Source: Chiloscyllium plagiosum | Lineage: Eukaryota | NCBI RefSeq assembly: GCF_004010195.1 | Contig: NC_057749.1 | Location: forward strand, 18,454,488-18,518,487 | Direction: 5' to 3' | DNA length: 64,000 nt | Translations under genes and position numbers: made by a program | The notes under the pieces: generated by a model | Database searches by the model: none | The model's input: only the letters and a program-made list of their open reading frames with translations | What the model was told of the DNA's origin: nothing | Shown: piece by piece, positions 26,550-39,270 of the stretch | Layout: each line of letters opens with the position of its first letter | Position numbering within the stretch: the first letter of the stretch is position 1

Positions 26550-26950
26550 TAATGAATTGCCCATCACATCCTCAACATGGCCCAAAGTTCTTAATGGCCA
26601 ATAAATTATGTTTTGAAATGCGTTGCTATCTTGAAAGCAAACCTGAACTGATTTGCACACAGCAAAGTGCCAAATTAAACTTACAAGATAAATGATCAGG
26701 TAACCTACTTTTTTGTTGGTAATGATCACAGAGTTGCTCAGGACACACACAACTTCTGTTTTTAAGAGAAGAACTATGGCTTTCCTTTATGTCCATCTGA
26801 ATAAACACACAAGGCCACATTTTAATGTATTGTTCAAAGTTTGGCTCCCGTGGACACTATAGCATTTCCATAACCGTGCACTGCAATGTTAAGTTATGGA
26901 GTGAAGTTTACTCCCACAACCTTTTGACTCAACAAAAACTGCAACATTAA
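26550..26950 (-). mobile_element. Degenerate Deu-domain SINE (SacSINE1/AmnSINE-like)
   Basis: Resembles the inverted Deu core as recalled, and copies at 38900-39270 and 59820-60060. Confidence 0.55.
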
Positions 26951-27039
26951 TTTCTGTCGCACCATTAACATAATGAAATTTCCCAAAGCCAATTCACGGC
27001 AGCATTGTAAAACAAAATATGACATGAAGCCATGGTACA

Positions 27040-27900
27040 GAATGAGAGAACCGGCAAACAGTGTTATGGAATATTTCACTGTAGAGGCAACAAAGGCATG
27101 AATGAGGGTTTTGCAACAGATGACTTGAGGAAAGTTAGTGACAATTGGGCAATGTCGCAATGGGTCGAAATGGTGCAAAGGAGAAAATGGTGAATATTCA
27201 CGTTGGTATGAACGTGAGGTCAGAAACGCATCTTAGGATCAAACATGACACCAAAGTTGTGAACACCATGGCTTAATCTTTGACTATCACCAGGGAGATG
27301 GTTGGAATCGGTAGCTAGGAAGGAGCTGAAACCAATAGCTTCAGACATCCCATGCATTATTGGAGGAAGGTTTTGCTCATCCAGTAGTGGCTCTCAGGTG
27401 AGCAGACTGATCACTTTGCAGCAGTGAGGAGTTGAGAAAGTGGTGGTAGATTAAAACTAGGTTTTGTTGTAAAACTTTACTGTAAAACCAATGATATGAC
27501 TGAAGGGCAGCATCTAGATCAGGAACTCAGGTGTGAGGTGGCATGGATCAATCCTTAGTGGACACTAGAGGTTGTGGGTGTAGGAGAAAATAGGGAAACT
27601 ATTCTGAGTGATTCTTTGGCTGCAGCTGGATGGAGAAGAATGGGACCACGGGAAAGCAGTCCCATTCCGCTGGAGAGCTGTTGGAGGGAAATAATGTGGT
27701 CAACTGTGTCAGAGACTGCAAGTGCTTCGAAAAGGATGAGGGGGGATATTAACCTTGACACAGTCTGCAGAATGTCACTTGTGACTTTGATTAGCTTTTC
27801 AATACTATGGCAGGGCAGAAATGGATTGGTAAAATTCAAGCTTAAAGTTGCAGTAAAGGTAGAAACAATTAGAGATTGATTGTGGTTTGCAAGGACTGTG
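27040..27900 (-). mobile_element. L2-clade LINE RT remnant
   Basis: HSIEKLIKVTSDIL...AVSDTVDHIISLQQL resembles L2 HSTETAL.KVTNDIL...AFDTVDH.IL. KTLIHAFVAS resembles L2 TLIHAF. Confidence 0.75.
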
Positions 27901-29024
27901 GTCTAAAGTTTTTTTTGGGGGAAATACAAATGCTGCAGGTATGAGTTTCTAGCATTTACTGTATTCATCCAAATTCCAGCATCTTTCGTATTTTGCTTTC
28001 GTTCTAATGAAATTAAAGTTAAGTTAGTCCTCTTAAAGTTTGGGGAGAAGAACCATCAGAGCTAGTATTTTAGATCTGGTTAGTTAATGTCACCCTGGGT
28101 GCTGTATAACCCTGTTTTTAAAACTTAGGTCCACTCTTTTGCAATTTGGGGTGATAAATTTTTCAATTTATTTGAAAAGGTAGTCCTCTCAAATTATATT
28201 CTGTGGACCGTTGCATACTGGACATCATGTGAGTGACTGTGAATGCCATAAAGCTGAATTTCGACTAGGACTTGCAAAAGTTGAGTCATCCAGAGTAATT
28301 TCTTTTTTAAAATCTCTTTCCCCCTCAAATAACTCCAGTTAGTAAATCAAGGCTGAAGTCCTTGAAACTATTAAGAATTCACAAAGTATTACTGTTGCTT
28401 TTTGTGTCAGGTGATTCCATCCTGGCAGTGATTGAGGGTCTAACAACCTCATTGTCCTTGAGCGTCAAAATCGATTAGAGTTGGCAGACATGGATCCTTT
28501 TGAACTTGGTTGTGATAGCCAGTGTTTGTTATACAGAACACGAGTCACTGGCTACATTAAGGGAAAAGGCAAAGCAGTCAGGGAGTGGGCCAGGGAATTG
28601 GATAAATATCAGAAGCGAAAATATTTGAAGGCTACATTGGAAAGGTCAGAGAGTTGGGGCTAACTATATTGCTTTTGCAGGGAACTGGCTTCGTCACCAT
28701 CGACCAAATATCCTTCCCCCATGTCATAAACATTGAACAAATATATGAAAAATAAATTTCCATTATCTGTGAAGAAGATTATTGAAATACTTCAAAACTG
28801 ATTCCAGAATGTTCTCAGAAGAACTGCATAAAGTGCAGCTGAAGACTGTTCTTCCTTTTTTTTTAGGCATGAGCATTGGCTCGAAACTATGGAATTTCTT
28901 TCACTCAGAATTCAAATTTTTCATTCAGTTACATAGACTTAGTGCCACTGGTTTAATAAAATTAAAAACTGATTCAGCATAAATTCAGATTATGGAAGTA
29001 TACTTTAGACATTGCAAGCCCAGC

Positions 29025-30322
29025 AACATCAGGTGGAGAAATCAACGTTTCGGGTACAATCCTTCTTCAGGACTAGATATGGGGGTGGGGGTAGGGGGAG
29101 CTACAGATAACGGAGGGTGTAGGGTGGGGAGAGTAACACATGATGAGATAGTGATGGTGAACACAGCTGGTGGGTACGACCTGGTTGATCGATGTGAGGG
29201 ATGAATCCATTTGGTAGCTGGACGGAAGGGTCGGTAGGTGGCATGGAAGGGAGGAAGCGGGACTGGAAAGGGAGTTGGGGAATGGGTGGAAAGGTTATTT
29301 GAAATTGGAGAACTCAAAGTGAAATCCTCCAGCTTGTAGGCTTCCCAGGTGGATGATAAAGTGTTGTTGCTCCAATTTGCAGTCTGATCCACCATGGCAA
29401 TGGAGGAGGCCAATGATGAACATGTTGGAGAGGGAGGGGGAATTGAAATGGGTGGTGACTGGGAGGTCAGGCTAGCCATTTTGGGCCTGGTGAAGATGCT
29501 TGGTGAAATGGTCACCTGGACTACATTGGCTCTCACTGATGTAGAGAAGACCACATTGAGGATGATATGTTGGATGCAGAGGTGGGAAGTGAGGACAAGG
29601 GGAACCCTATCTTTATTATGTTTGGAGGGGTATGGTGGTTCAGAGCAATGGAATGGGGAATGGAGGAGGTGCAGTGGAGGGCTATCATAACCGACTATTG
29701 CCGCACAATTCCCTTGTCAGTTTATACACTGGTACTGTTTGCTAATTCTTCCGCCATTACATAGGTCACTGCATCCTGCACCCAGGCTGAACTGAAGCGG
29801 TTCATCAACTTTGCTAACAACTTCCACACCGCCCTCAAATTCACTTGATCTATCTCAGACACCTCCCTCACCTTTCTTGACCTCTCCGTTTCCATCTACG
29901 GAGACAGTTTACGCACCAACATTTACTGTAAACCCACAGACTCCCATAGCTACCTGGACTACACCTCCTCCCACCTGTAGTCTGCAAAAACTCCATCCCA
30001 CTTTCCCAATTCCTCCATCTCCGTCACATCTGCTCTGATGTGGAGGTGCTCCCCTTCCAGATGTCCTCCTATTTCAAACAGCAGTTTTCCCACCTCTGTC
30101 ATCCAGACAGCCCTCCACCACACCTCACCCAGTCCCTGCTCCACTGCTGTAAAACACCACCTCCTTTACCTATAGCTCCCTTCTACCCCCAAATCTAGTC
30201 CTGAAGAAGGGTTACTGCCTGAAACGTTGACTTCTCCACTTCCTGGCGCTGCCTGGCTTGCTGTGGTTTGTCTCTGGCTTGTCTACTTTGGAGTCCAGCA
30301 TCTGCAGTTTTTTTTGTCTCTA
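29025..30322. mobile_element. PLE (Neptune-like) with inverted architecture: minus-strand 3' part joined to plus-strand RT fragment + 3' end
   Basis: Plus strand 29700-30060 gives frameshifted FINFANNFH-ALKFT-ISDTSLTFLDLSVSI-KPTDSHSYLDYTSSH. Hammerhead motifs sit at both outer ends in opposite orientation (about 29040-29074 minus, 30197-30232 plus). Confidence 0.85.
30197..30232 (+). ncRNA. Minimal hammerhead ribozyme motif
   Basis: AGUC-CUGAAGA-A-GGGU(UACU)GCCU-GAAAC-GUU^GACU. Confidence 0.68.
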
Positions 30323-30744
30323 CTTTAAGCATTAGCTTAACATCTTCAGATTTTCAGTGTTGCAGCTGCGATTCCACCTCCCCTTTCCCCTCTCCGTTTC
30401 CAAGGAAAGTATATGACATAGGGTGGTTTGTGTCGTTTGAAATGCCCACTGATCTATCCATTTCTGGATTGAGAATGTGGTGCCATTCTACTATTACTTT
30501 AGCTAACACCTAGATGTCTCTCCATTAGGAATCAGGTTTGAAATATTCAGGGCACACTCTTATTGCTATCTGTTTTAACAATTGAATGAGAGAGCTTTGT
30601 ATACATTTTAAATGCAAGTTAGTGTGAAAAGGATTTCACCATGACATTGCCATAAGGTAGAATTTCACTTTGTCTCCTTCATCGAAATTGATAGCTGAAC
30701 ATTTTACATAGGTTATTAACATTCTATACTGAATTTCTGTGTTA

Positions 30745-31030
30745 AACATAAAAACTAGGAGCAGGAGTAGGCCTACTGGCCTCTCGAGCCTGCTCCACCA
30801 TTCAATAAAAAGACAGCTGATCTGTTCATGGACTCATTCCACTTACCCACCTGCTCACCATAATCCTTAATTCCTTTACTGTGTCTCTTTGCCTTAAAAA
30901 CATTCAGTGAGATAGTCTCAGCTGCTTCACTGGGTGGGGAATTCCACAGATTCACAACCCTTTGGGTGAAGAAGTACCTCCCTTAATTCAGCCCGAAATC
31001 TGCTCTCCCTTATTTAGAAGTTGAACCCCC
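30745..31030 (-). mobile_element. CR1 3' end
   Basis: ORF 30773-30955 (NLWNSPPSEAAE..SLNVFKA) and tail aggagcaggagtaggcc. Confidence 0.85.
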
Positions 31031-31618
31031 CCCATCAGTGGAATTGAAAATCATGGAGATATGAACAGAAAATGCACACTTCTAATATAATTAATCTGAG
31101 CTGAATGTTTTTTGGAATTAAAACATTGTTGGTGCTAATTGCTTAATTAACTCTGTGATAGTGGCAAAGGAGTGATCCTTAACCATGGAGCCTTTCCTGA
31201 TCCCAGTGACTTCAGGCTAATGCTGATGATATGTAGATGCCTGGACTGCTGAGGGCTGCACTGGACTAATGCTGCGATGTTTGCCTGGACGTCCTGGTGA
31301 TGTTCATGGTCCTCATCCATGTTCCTTTGAAGTTGCAGAGCCACACACACACACACCTTGCAGAAGCAAACAGAATTAGAAGCAATGTAGATCCTGGCTA
31401 ATGCATGAAAATTAGCTACTGAGGTGTGACAGTCACAGGAATAATGATTGGCATCTGTGGAATGTTAGAAACATTGCAGCGTGGAAAGAAGCCATTCATC
31501 CTGTGGTGCCTGTACCAGCTGAATGAATGATCCAACCTTTCTAATCCCACCTGAGCATCAGAGTCAGATCCTGATTCCTTCTCAGTGAGGGGTTCTGCCT
31601 GAAACACTAATCTGGGCA

Positions 31619-31702
31619 CTGGATCAGTGGTGCTGGAAGAGCACAGCAATTCAGGCAGCATCCAAGGACAGGCAAAATCGACGTTTCGGGCAAAAGCCCT
31701 TC
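31619..31702 (-). mobile_element. PLE terminal fragment with 9-bp TSD
   Basis: atctgggca at 31610-31618 and 31703-31711. Minus strand reads GAUGA-A-GGGC(UUUU)GCCC-GAAAC-GUC, truncated inside CUGAUGA. Confidence 0.85.
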
Positions 31703-31749
31703 ATCTGGGCAGTCAAGTCCAGACAGCCACCATCTGCAGGGTGAAAACT

Positions 31750-32086
31750 TTCGGGATGTGGGTGTTGCTGGCTAGGGAGCAATTATTACCCCTTATTAAT
31801 TACCCTGTTAATAGTCAGCTACATCGCTGTGGGTCTGGAGTTACATGTAGGTCAAAGCAGGTAAGGATGGCAATTTCCTTCCCTCAAGGATATTAGTGAA
31901 CCAGTTGGGTCTTTCCAACAATTGACAATGCATTCATGGTCGTCTCTTTAACTCTCTTTAATAGACTCTTTTTATTGAATTCAAATTCCATCATCTGCTG
32001 TGGCAGGATTCAAGCCTTTGTCCCTCGAACATTCCCTGAGATCCTGGATTAATAATATTAACAATAAGGCCACTAGACTATCGCCC
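31750..32086 (-). mobile_element. tRNA-headed SINE (short form)
   Basis: Inverted core gctgtgggtctggagttacatgtagg...attagtgaaccag and inverted tail gggatgtgggtgttgctggctag. Confidence 0.8.
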
Positions 32087-33459
32087 ATCCTTAGATCCCC
32101 GCTAATCCTTCTCCCTCGTAATTGACCTCTCCTAGTTTTCCGTGTCCAGTCTATCCAAACCTCTCATTATTTTACACACATCAATCAAACCTCCTCTGTC
32201 GAGCTATAACCAAATATCACCCTCGAGAGAGGGCAGTAATTTATTGGGAACACAGGGTGAGTTACATTTGCTCTTTGGAACACTAAAGGAAAGTTTCTCA
32301 TCTATCGTTTTTAACATAAAATGCGAGGAATATTGTTGAAAAAATGAATCTACATATTGCTCAATCCTTGCCTCACTAGTTGCAATATGGGGCAACTTAA
32401 AGTTTGTTATCCTTCTATTGTGGGGGAAGAGAAATTCACAACAATATTAATTTTAAGTGGTATTAAAACTGTTGATTTTTTTTTCAGACAGTCACTGTGA
32501 CAAGTCCCAGTTTTAGGTTAGACTGAACTTGCAAGAAAACATTAGATGGCATTAGAAGACATCTGTCGCAAACAATAAAATTCGACGAAGGGATGCATTG
32601 TCTGCAAAGTATAGTGGGCTGTCCCATGCATGTCACTGCCCATGTTTGTTTGCGTTGACAGAGTCTCTCTTATGCTTTAGTGAAGCTGAAGTGCATCTGT
32701 TTTGTCTGACAAACTTGGGCCGAGGAAGCACATGTTTTGGTGGGCAATTATAACACTGCTGCCTGCTCAAAACAAGAACGATTGCTAATTGGCTGAAAGT
32801 CTTGCTTAGGATCAGAGGGGCAAGAATTTTAATTTCCTGTGACAGAGAAGCTGACCTGTTCTGAGCGAGTTGTCAAGTTAATTATGAAATACAGTTGAGG
32901 TTGGATCACCTTTCCTGGACAGCAGCAGCTCTGGCATTGATGCAGCTCCCAGGAGCTCTTCTCCAAGCAACTACTTCAAACAGTTTGTTTTAATGTGTGT
33001 TTGCTTGCTTGTCAGGTGAGAAGTGCATTATCATGTGAAATGGAACTGGGGATCAATGTCCAAACAGCCATTGCCATGTCCTAGGAGGGTGGCATTGCAT
33101 TTTCTTTGCCCTGTCCTCAGATCTCTACTACCTAAGATCAGAATAGTTTGAAGGGATGACTCTGAGAGCTCATGGGTCAAGTATTTATCCCAAAATGTTA
33201 AGTTTGTCCAGGGTGGCAGAAGGGGATGGGGGTCTTCATCTCCACAATGATGGCTTTACTCCTGAGCAAAAGGGAGACTCTGGTTCAGTCAATGGTCTGT
33301 CTCCATTTTGTTTCTGTATAAAACAAAGTGGGCCAGTTCACCTTCTGGCTGTGTTAAGAGGGGAGGACCTTCGAGTTTCCCTTCAACACAGTTTTAAATT
33401 TACTGCTGCTACAACAGCAAGATCACTGATTTGACCCTCCATCTGGAGGGTAATGTCTG

Positions 33460-34770
33460 TAAGACCATAAGATACAGGAGCAGAAATTAGGCCATTCGGC
33501 CCATTGAGTCTGCTCCTCCATTCAGTTATGGCTGATAGGTTTCTCAACCCCATTTTCCTGCTTTCTCCCTGTAACCTTTTATCTCCTTGGCACTTAAATC
33601 TCTGTTTTAAATATACTCAGTAATCTGACCTCCAGATTACTGGAGGTGGCAATGAATTCCAAAGATTCCGCACTCTCTGGCTGAAGGAGTTTCTCCTTAA
33701 CTCTATTCTAAAAGGTCTTCCCCTTACTCTAAGGATGTGCTCCCTGCATCCTAATCTCCCCTGCCAGCAGAAGTATCTTCCCAACATCCACTCTGTCCAG
33801 GCCATTCAGTACTCTGTAAGTTTCAATCAAATTCCCCCCCCCCCCCCCCCCACCCACCCCTTACCCTTCGAAACTCCATTGAATATAGTCGCAGAGTCCT
33901 CAAACTTTCCTCATGTGTTAAGCCTTTCATTCCTGGGATCAGTCTCGTGAATCTTCTCTGGCCAATACATCTTTCCTGCGGTATGGGGCCCAAAATTGCT
34001 CACAATACCCTAAGGCTCTGGTCAGAACACATTTATAAAGCCCTAGAAGAACATCCCTGCTTTTATATTCTAGTCCTCTTGAGATGAATGACACCATTGT
34101 ATTTGCCTTCCAAACTACCAACTCAACTTAAGAGAATCATGAACTAGGACTCCCAAGTTCTTTTGCACTTCAGACTTCTGAATTTTCTCCCCATTTAGAA
34201 AACAATCCATGCTTCTATTCTCTTCCTACAAAAGTGCATATCCTTACACTTCCACACGTTGTATTTCACCCGCCATTTCTTTGCCTACTCTCCCAACCTG
34301 TTTAAATCTTTCTGCTCAGTATTACCTGCCCCTCTACCCATCTTGGTGTTACCTGCAAAACTAGCCAGAACGCCCTCAGTTCCTTCCTCTAGATCGTTAA
34401 TGTTTACAGTGAAAAGTTGTGGTCCCAACACCGACCCTTGTGAAACACCACTTGTCTCCGGCTGCCGTCCTGAGAAGGTCCCTTTTATACCCACTCTCTG
34501 CTTTCTGTGAGACAGCCAAGCTTCTATCCACGCTAGTAGCTGGCCTCCAACACCATGGGTCCTTATCTTACTCAGCAAACTCCTGCGCGGCACTTTATCA
34601 AAGGCCTTCTGGAAGTCCAGATAGATAGACAACATCCATTGGCTCTCCTTGGTCTAACCTACTTGTTAACTCCTCAAAGAATTCTAACAGATTTGTCAAG
34701 CATGACCTCCCTTGATGAAACCATGCTGATTTTGCCCTATTTTACCATGCATTTCCAAGTATTTAGAAGG
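33460..34770 (-). mobile_element. CR1 LINE RT + 3' UTR
   Basis: ORF 34285-34635 YLDFQKAFDKVP...SGVSQGSVLGPQLF. Confidence 0.9.
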
Positions 34771-35359
34771 TGTCCGTTAGGTGGCAGTATGGATCCCAGA
34801 GTTTTTACACAAGAAAATCTCTGATTACTATCCATAATTTCAGTTTTGAGGTGTCTGTGACATCAACTTAACTCAGATGGCCCCATAATTAGATGGCCCC
34901 AGTGTTCTCTGCTAGAGCATGCACTTGGAAATTAGCTCTCCCCTCAACCTCAACATGTGTTTGTTCCAGGGATGTGAAGAGAACATTATTTATATTTTTT
35001 ATAAGAGAGCACCTTGTCCATTACCATTTAAAGCACAACTTCCAGTACTCTATGAGAGAGTTGGCTGAAGCCCTTTCTAATCAGGTGGATCTTACAATTA
35101 AGCCACATGAGTAAATTCAGAAGAAAAGGTTAGTCACTTCTTTATGAGGTCTGAAACGTGACTTCCCTCTAACCTTTTAAATGTTGTTTAATCTGTGTTT
35201 TCCTGCCAACTGCATGCTCCAGTCTTGGTTGGCTGCTCTGTTGGAGGATCTTCCATCATTGAGTTCACAATGGATTGCACCTGTGGCCTCACTCAAAGTT
35301 CCCTTCCACATACAGAATTGCAATTCCCTCTGATATACAATGCTACGATTTTAAGAATC

Positions 35360-36000
35360 TTCCTGTAGATTGGGAAAATCAGATTGGTAGAAGTCGCCAT
35401 GAAGAAGAACTCATAGAATGTTATTTAGAATAGTAGCCCAGAATAATAAGTTGTGGATCCAGCCAGGTATCAAACTATTTTTGGAGCTGGTAATGTTTGA
35501 TGAGGCAGGTTTAATAAGTTATGTCGGACCAGAAGATTCCCCAGGAAATAGTGATCATAACAAGGTGGAATTTAGCTTTCAGTTTGAAAGGGAGAAAATT
35601 GGGTTGGAAACAACTGTGCTAACTTTAAATAAGGATAATTACTGAGGATTGAGGACAGAGCCAACTGGAGTGGACTGGGAAAGGGGTTGAGCAAGAAGGA
35701 AGGATTAGGAGCAATGGCAGACAAATAAGAAAGGAGTTCATGACTCACAACAAAGATATATCCCAGTGAGGAGAAAGGATTCTAGGAATGGGATAAGCCA
35801 ACCATTTTTAACTATGTAAGTTAAAGATAGCATCAAATTGAAAGAAAAAAAAACATACATGTGACAAAGATTAGTAATGAGCTAGAAAATTCAGAAACTT
35901 TTAAAAACCAACCAAAAAATGACCTATATAGTAATAGAGGTAAAAGATAAATGTTTAAAGGTAAACCTGGACTTAATATCAAGACACATACCAAGAGCTC
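35360..36000 (+). mobile_element. CR1 endonuclease-region remnant
   Basis: GNSDHNKVEF (APE SDH motif) in ORF 35418-35645. Confidence 0.75.
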
Positions 36001-36435
36001 CCTCGATGGCAGGAGATCAGGAGACCAAAACTATACACAGTACCCAAGAATAGGTCTCACCCAAGAACTCTACAACTGCAGCAAGAAATCATTACTTCTC
36101 AGTCAAATCTCTTTACAATGAAGGCCAACATAATTTACCTTTCTAATTGATTGCTGAACTTACAAGCTAACTTTTATTTGAACAAGGATATCCAAATCCC
36201 TTTGGACACAGGCACTTTTAAGCCCCTTATCATTTAGTAAACATTGTACCTTTGTATTCTTTCGCAAGGTGAATAATTTCATACTTCCTTCCATTAGGTT
36301 CTATCTGCCATGTTCTAACTCATTCACTTAGTCTGTCCAAGACCTCCTGAAACTTCCTGACATCCTGCTCACAACTTACATTTCCACCCAGGTCAGTTCA
36401 TCAGCAAATTTGGAAATCTTACATTGGCCCTCATA
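36000..36435 (-). mobile_element. Old CR1 fragment hosting the 36440-38850 insertion
   Basis: Inverted RT-region sequence (tcatcagcaaatttgg...ctcat) appears to resume as atccaaatc at about 38852. Confidence 0.65.
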
Positions 36436-36439
36436 TGCA

Positions 36440-38850
36440 GGGAGGCAATGGCCCAGTGTTGTTATCACTAGACACTGTTCTGCAGACCCGGGTTCGAATC
36501 CCCCCCCCCCCCCATGGCGGATGGTGGAATTTGAATTTAAAAAAACTCTGGAATTAGGAATCTACTGATGACCATGAAACCATTGTTGGATAAACCCGTC
36601 TGGTTCACTAATGTCCTTCAGGAAAGGAAATCTGCCATCTTCACCGAGTCTGGCCTACATCTGACTACAGATTCACAGCAGTGTGGTTGACTGTCAGTTG
36701 CCCTCTGAAATGGCCTGGCTAGCCATTCAGTGTACCAGTCATTACAAAGTCTCAAAAGAAATGCAACCAGATGAATCACCTGGCATCGAGCTAGGCACCG
36801 GAAAAGGAAACCACCTGGTTACTGCATATAGCCCTCTCTCGGCTGATGAATCAGTTCTCCTCAATGTTGAACAACACTTGGAGGAAGCAGTGGAGGTGGA
36901 AAAATCTACTCTGGGCAGAGGATTTCAATATCCACTGCTAGGTTCAGCAGCACTACTACTGATGGAACTAGTCTGGTCCTAAAGGGTAAATGGTGAGGGA
37001 ACCAACAAGAAAGAAAACATACTTGACCTCATCCTTATCAATAAGCTGGCTGCAGATACATCTGTCCATGAAAGCATCCATAACAGTGACCACCGCACAG
37101 TCCCAACTTCACATTGAGAAAAATCTCCATTGTGTTGGGTGGCACTATCACCGTGCTAAAAGGGAAAGAGCAGATCTAGCAACTCAAGACCAGGCATCCA
37201 TAAGATGTTGAGGGCCATCAATAGCGGAAGGATTGCACATTGTGTGACCTCATATATCCCCCGCTCGCCCAATACCATCAAGCCTGGTTCAATGGACAGT
37301 GCAGGGAGGCATGGCAGTAGTAGCATTAGGCATGCCTAAAAATGAGATGTCAACCTGCTTAAGTGCTTGCATGCCAAACAGCATAAGCAGCAAATGATCC
37401 CACAGCCAACAGATCAGATCTAACCTCTGCAGTCCTGCCACATCTAGTCATTAATGGTAGCACAGTTGAACAATGCACTGGAGTAGGAGGCTCCACAAAC
37501 ATCCCCATCCTAATGATGGAAGAGCCCAGCACATCAGTGCAAAAGATAAGGCTGAAGCATGCACAGCAATCTTCAGCCAGAAGTGCCGAGTGGATGATCC
37601 ATCTCGGCCTCCTCCAGTGGTCCCCAATGTTACAGGTATCAGTCTCAGCCAATTCGATTCACACCACGAGATATGAAGAAATGATTGGAGACACTGGATA
37701 CTGCAAAGCTATGGACCTTGACAACATTCCGGCAATAGGACTGAAGTCTTGTGCTCCAGAACCTGCTGCTCCCCTAGCTGGGGAGTCCAGTACAGTCACA
37801 ACACTGGCATTCACCCGACAATGTGGAAAATTTTTGCTTTGTCCCATACGCAAAAAGCAGAACAAATTCAACCCAGCCAATTGTTGCCCCATCTCTGCAG
37901 GAGTTCCTCAGTACTGTCTTAGGCCCAACTATCTTTAGCTGCTTCATTAATGACCCTCCCTCCAACATAAGGTGAAGGTATTCACCAATGATTGCACAAT
38001 GCTCAGCACCATTTGCAATTCCTCAGATACTGAAGCAGTCCATGTTCAAATGTGACAAGATCTGGACAGTATCCAGGCTTGGGCTGACAAGTGGCAAGTT
38101 ACCTGCCACACATATGTCACGTTATGAACCCCACCCAATAAGAGACAATTTAACCATTGCCCCATGACATTCAGTGGTATCACCATCATTGAATCCCCCA
38201 CTACCAACATCCTGGGGGTTACCATCAAACAGAAACTCAACTGGACTTGTCACACAAACACACTGACTACAAGAGCAGGTCAGAGGCCAGGAATATTGCG
38301 GCAAGTAACTCACCTACTGACTCCCCAAAGCCTCTCCATCATCTGTAAGGCATAGGTCAGGAGTGTGATGGAATACTCCCCACTTGCCTGGATGGGTGCA
38401 GCTCCAACAGCACTCAAGAAGCTTGACAGTATCGAGGACAAAGCAGCCCGCTTGACTGGCACTAAATCCACAAATACCCACTCCCTCCACCACCAACACT
38501 CAGCAGCAGTGTACTATCTCCTAGATGCACTACAGAAGTTCACCCAAGACCTCAGACAGCACCTTCCAAACCCACTTCCATCTAGGAGGCTAATGATAAC
38601 AAATGTATGGGAGTGCCACCACCTTCAAGCCACTTACCATCCTGACTTGGAAATATATCACTGTTCCTTCAGTGTCACTGGGTCAGAAGCTTGGAATTCC
38701 CTCCCTAAGGGTATGTGGGTCAACGCACAGCAGGTGGACTGCAACGATTCAAAAAGGTAGCTCACCCACACCTTCTCAAGGGCAACTTTGGCCAGGCAAT
38801 AACTGCTGGCCAGCCAGCAACGTCCACACCCACAAATTAATGTTAAAAAG
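36440..38850 (+). mobile_element. tRNA-headed, internally deleted LINE (APE endonuclease + RT remnants)
   Basis: A/B boxes (tggcccagtg; ggttcgaatcc at 36491), SINE core, then AYSPLSADES, VREPTR..LDLIL..SDHRTV, DNIPAI.LK.CAPE.AAPLA, NPAN..PIS, AGVPQ, FINDPPS, then the SINE-shared 3' tail. Confidence 0.8.
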
Positions 38851-38899
38851 TATCCAAATCATGGAGAGAGATTGTTAGCAGTCAGAACCTGACCTACGA

Positions 38900-39270
38900 T
38901 GGTAATCCCAAAGTGCTTCACAGTAGTCAGGTACTTTGGAAGTGTGATCACATAGGAAATACTGTAGTCTGCAGTGTACGTATAATGTCCTTCAAATAGC
39001 CATGTGATATTGAGCCAATATTCTAGGGATAGTCGTTGAAAATAAATATCGTCCAGGAGGATAGGGTGGTCTTCTTTGATAGCGGATGTGGGATCTTTTC
39101 CTTCTATCTGAGCGGATGGGCCGGGCCTTGGGTTTCATGTCTCCTACAAAAGATGGGCATTTCCTCAGTACAGCCCTGAGAGGCAACCTAAAATACGGGT
39201 TCAAGTCTCTGTCATGTACTTGAACCTAAAATCTCCTGTCAGAATTGAGGGACAACCACTGAGCCATGTT
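38900..39270 (-). mobile_element. Deu-domain SINE
   Basis: Inverted head (acttgaacct...caaccactgagcca) and Deu-like core (tgggatctttt...ctgag...ggccttgggttt). Confidence 0.65.

Noticed and set aside
33833..33860. Poly-C run (also 36500-36512) and (GT)n at about 3378-3393
   Set aside because: Ordinary simple repeats, mostly inside retroelements.
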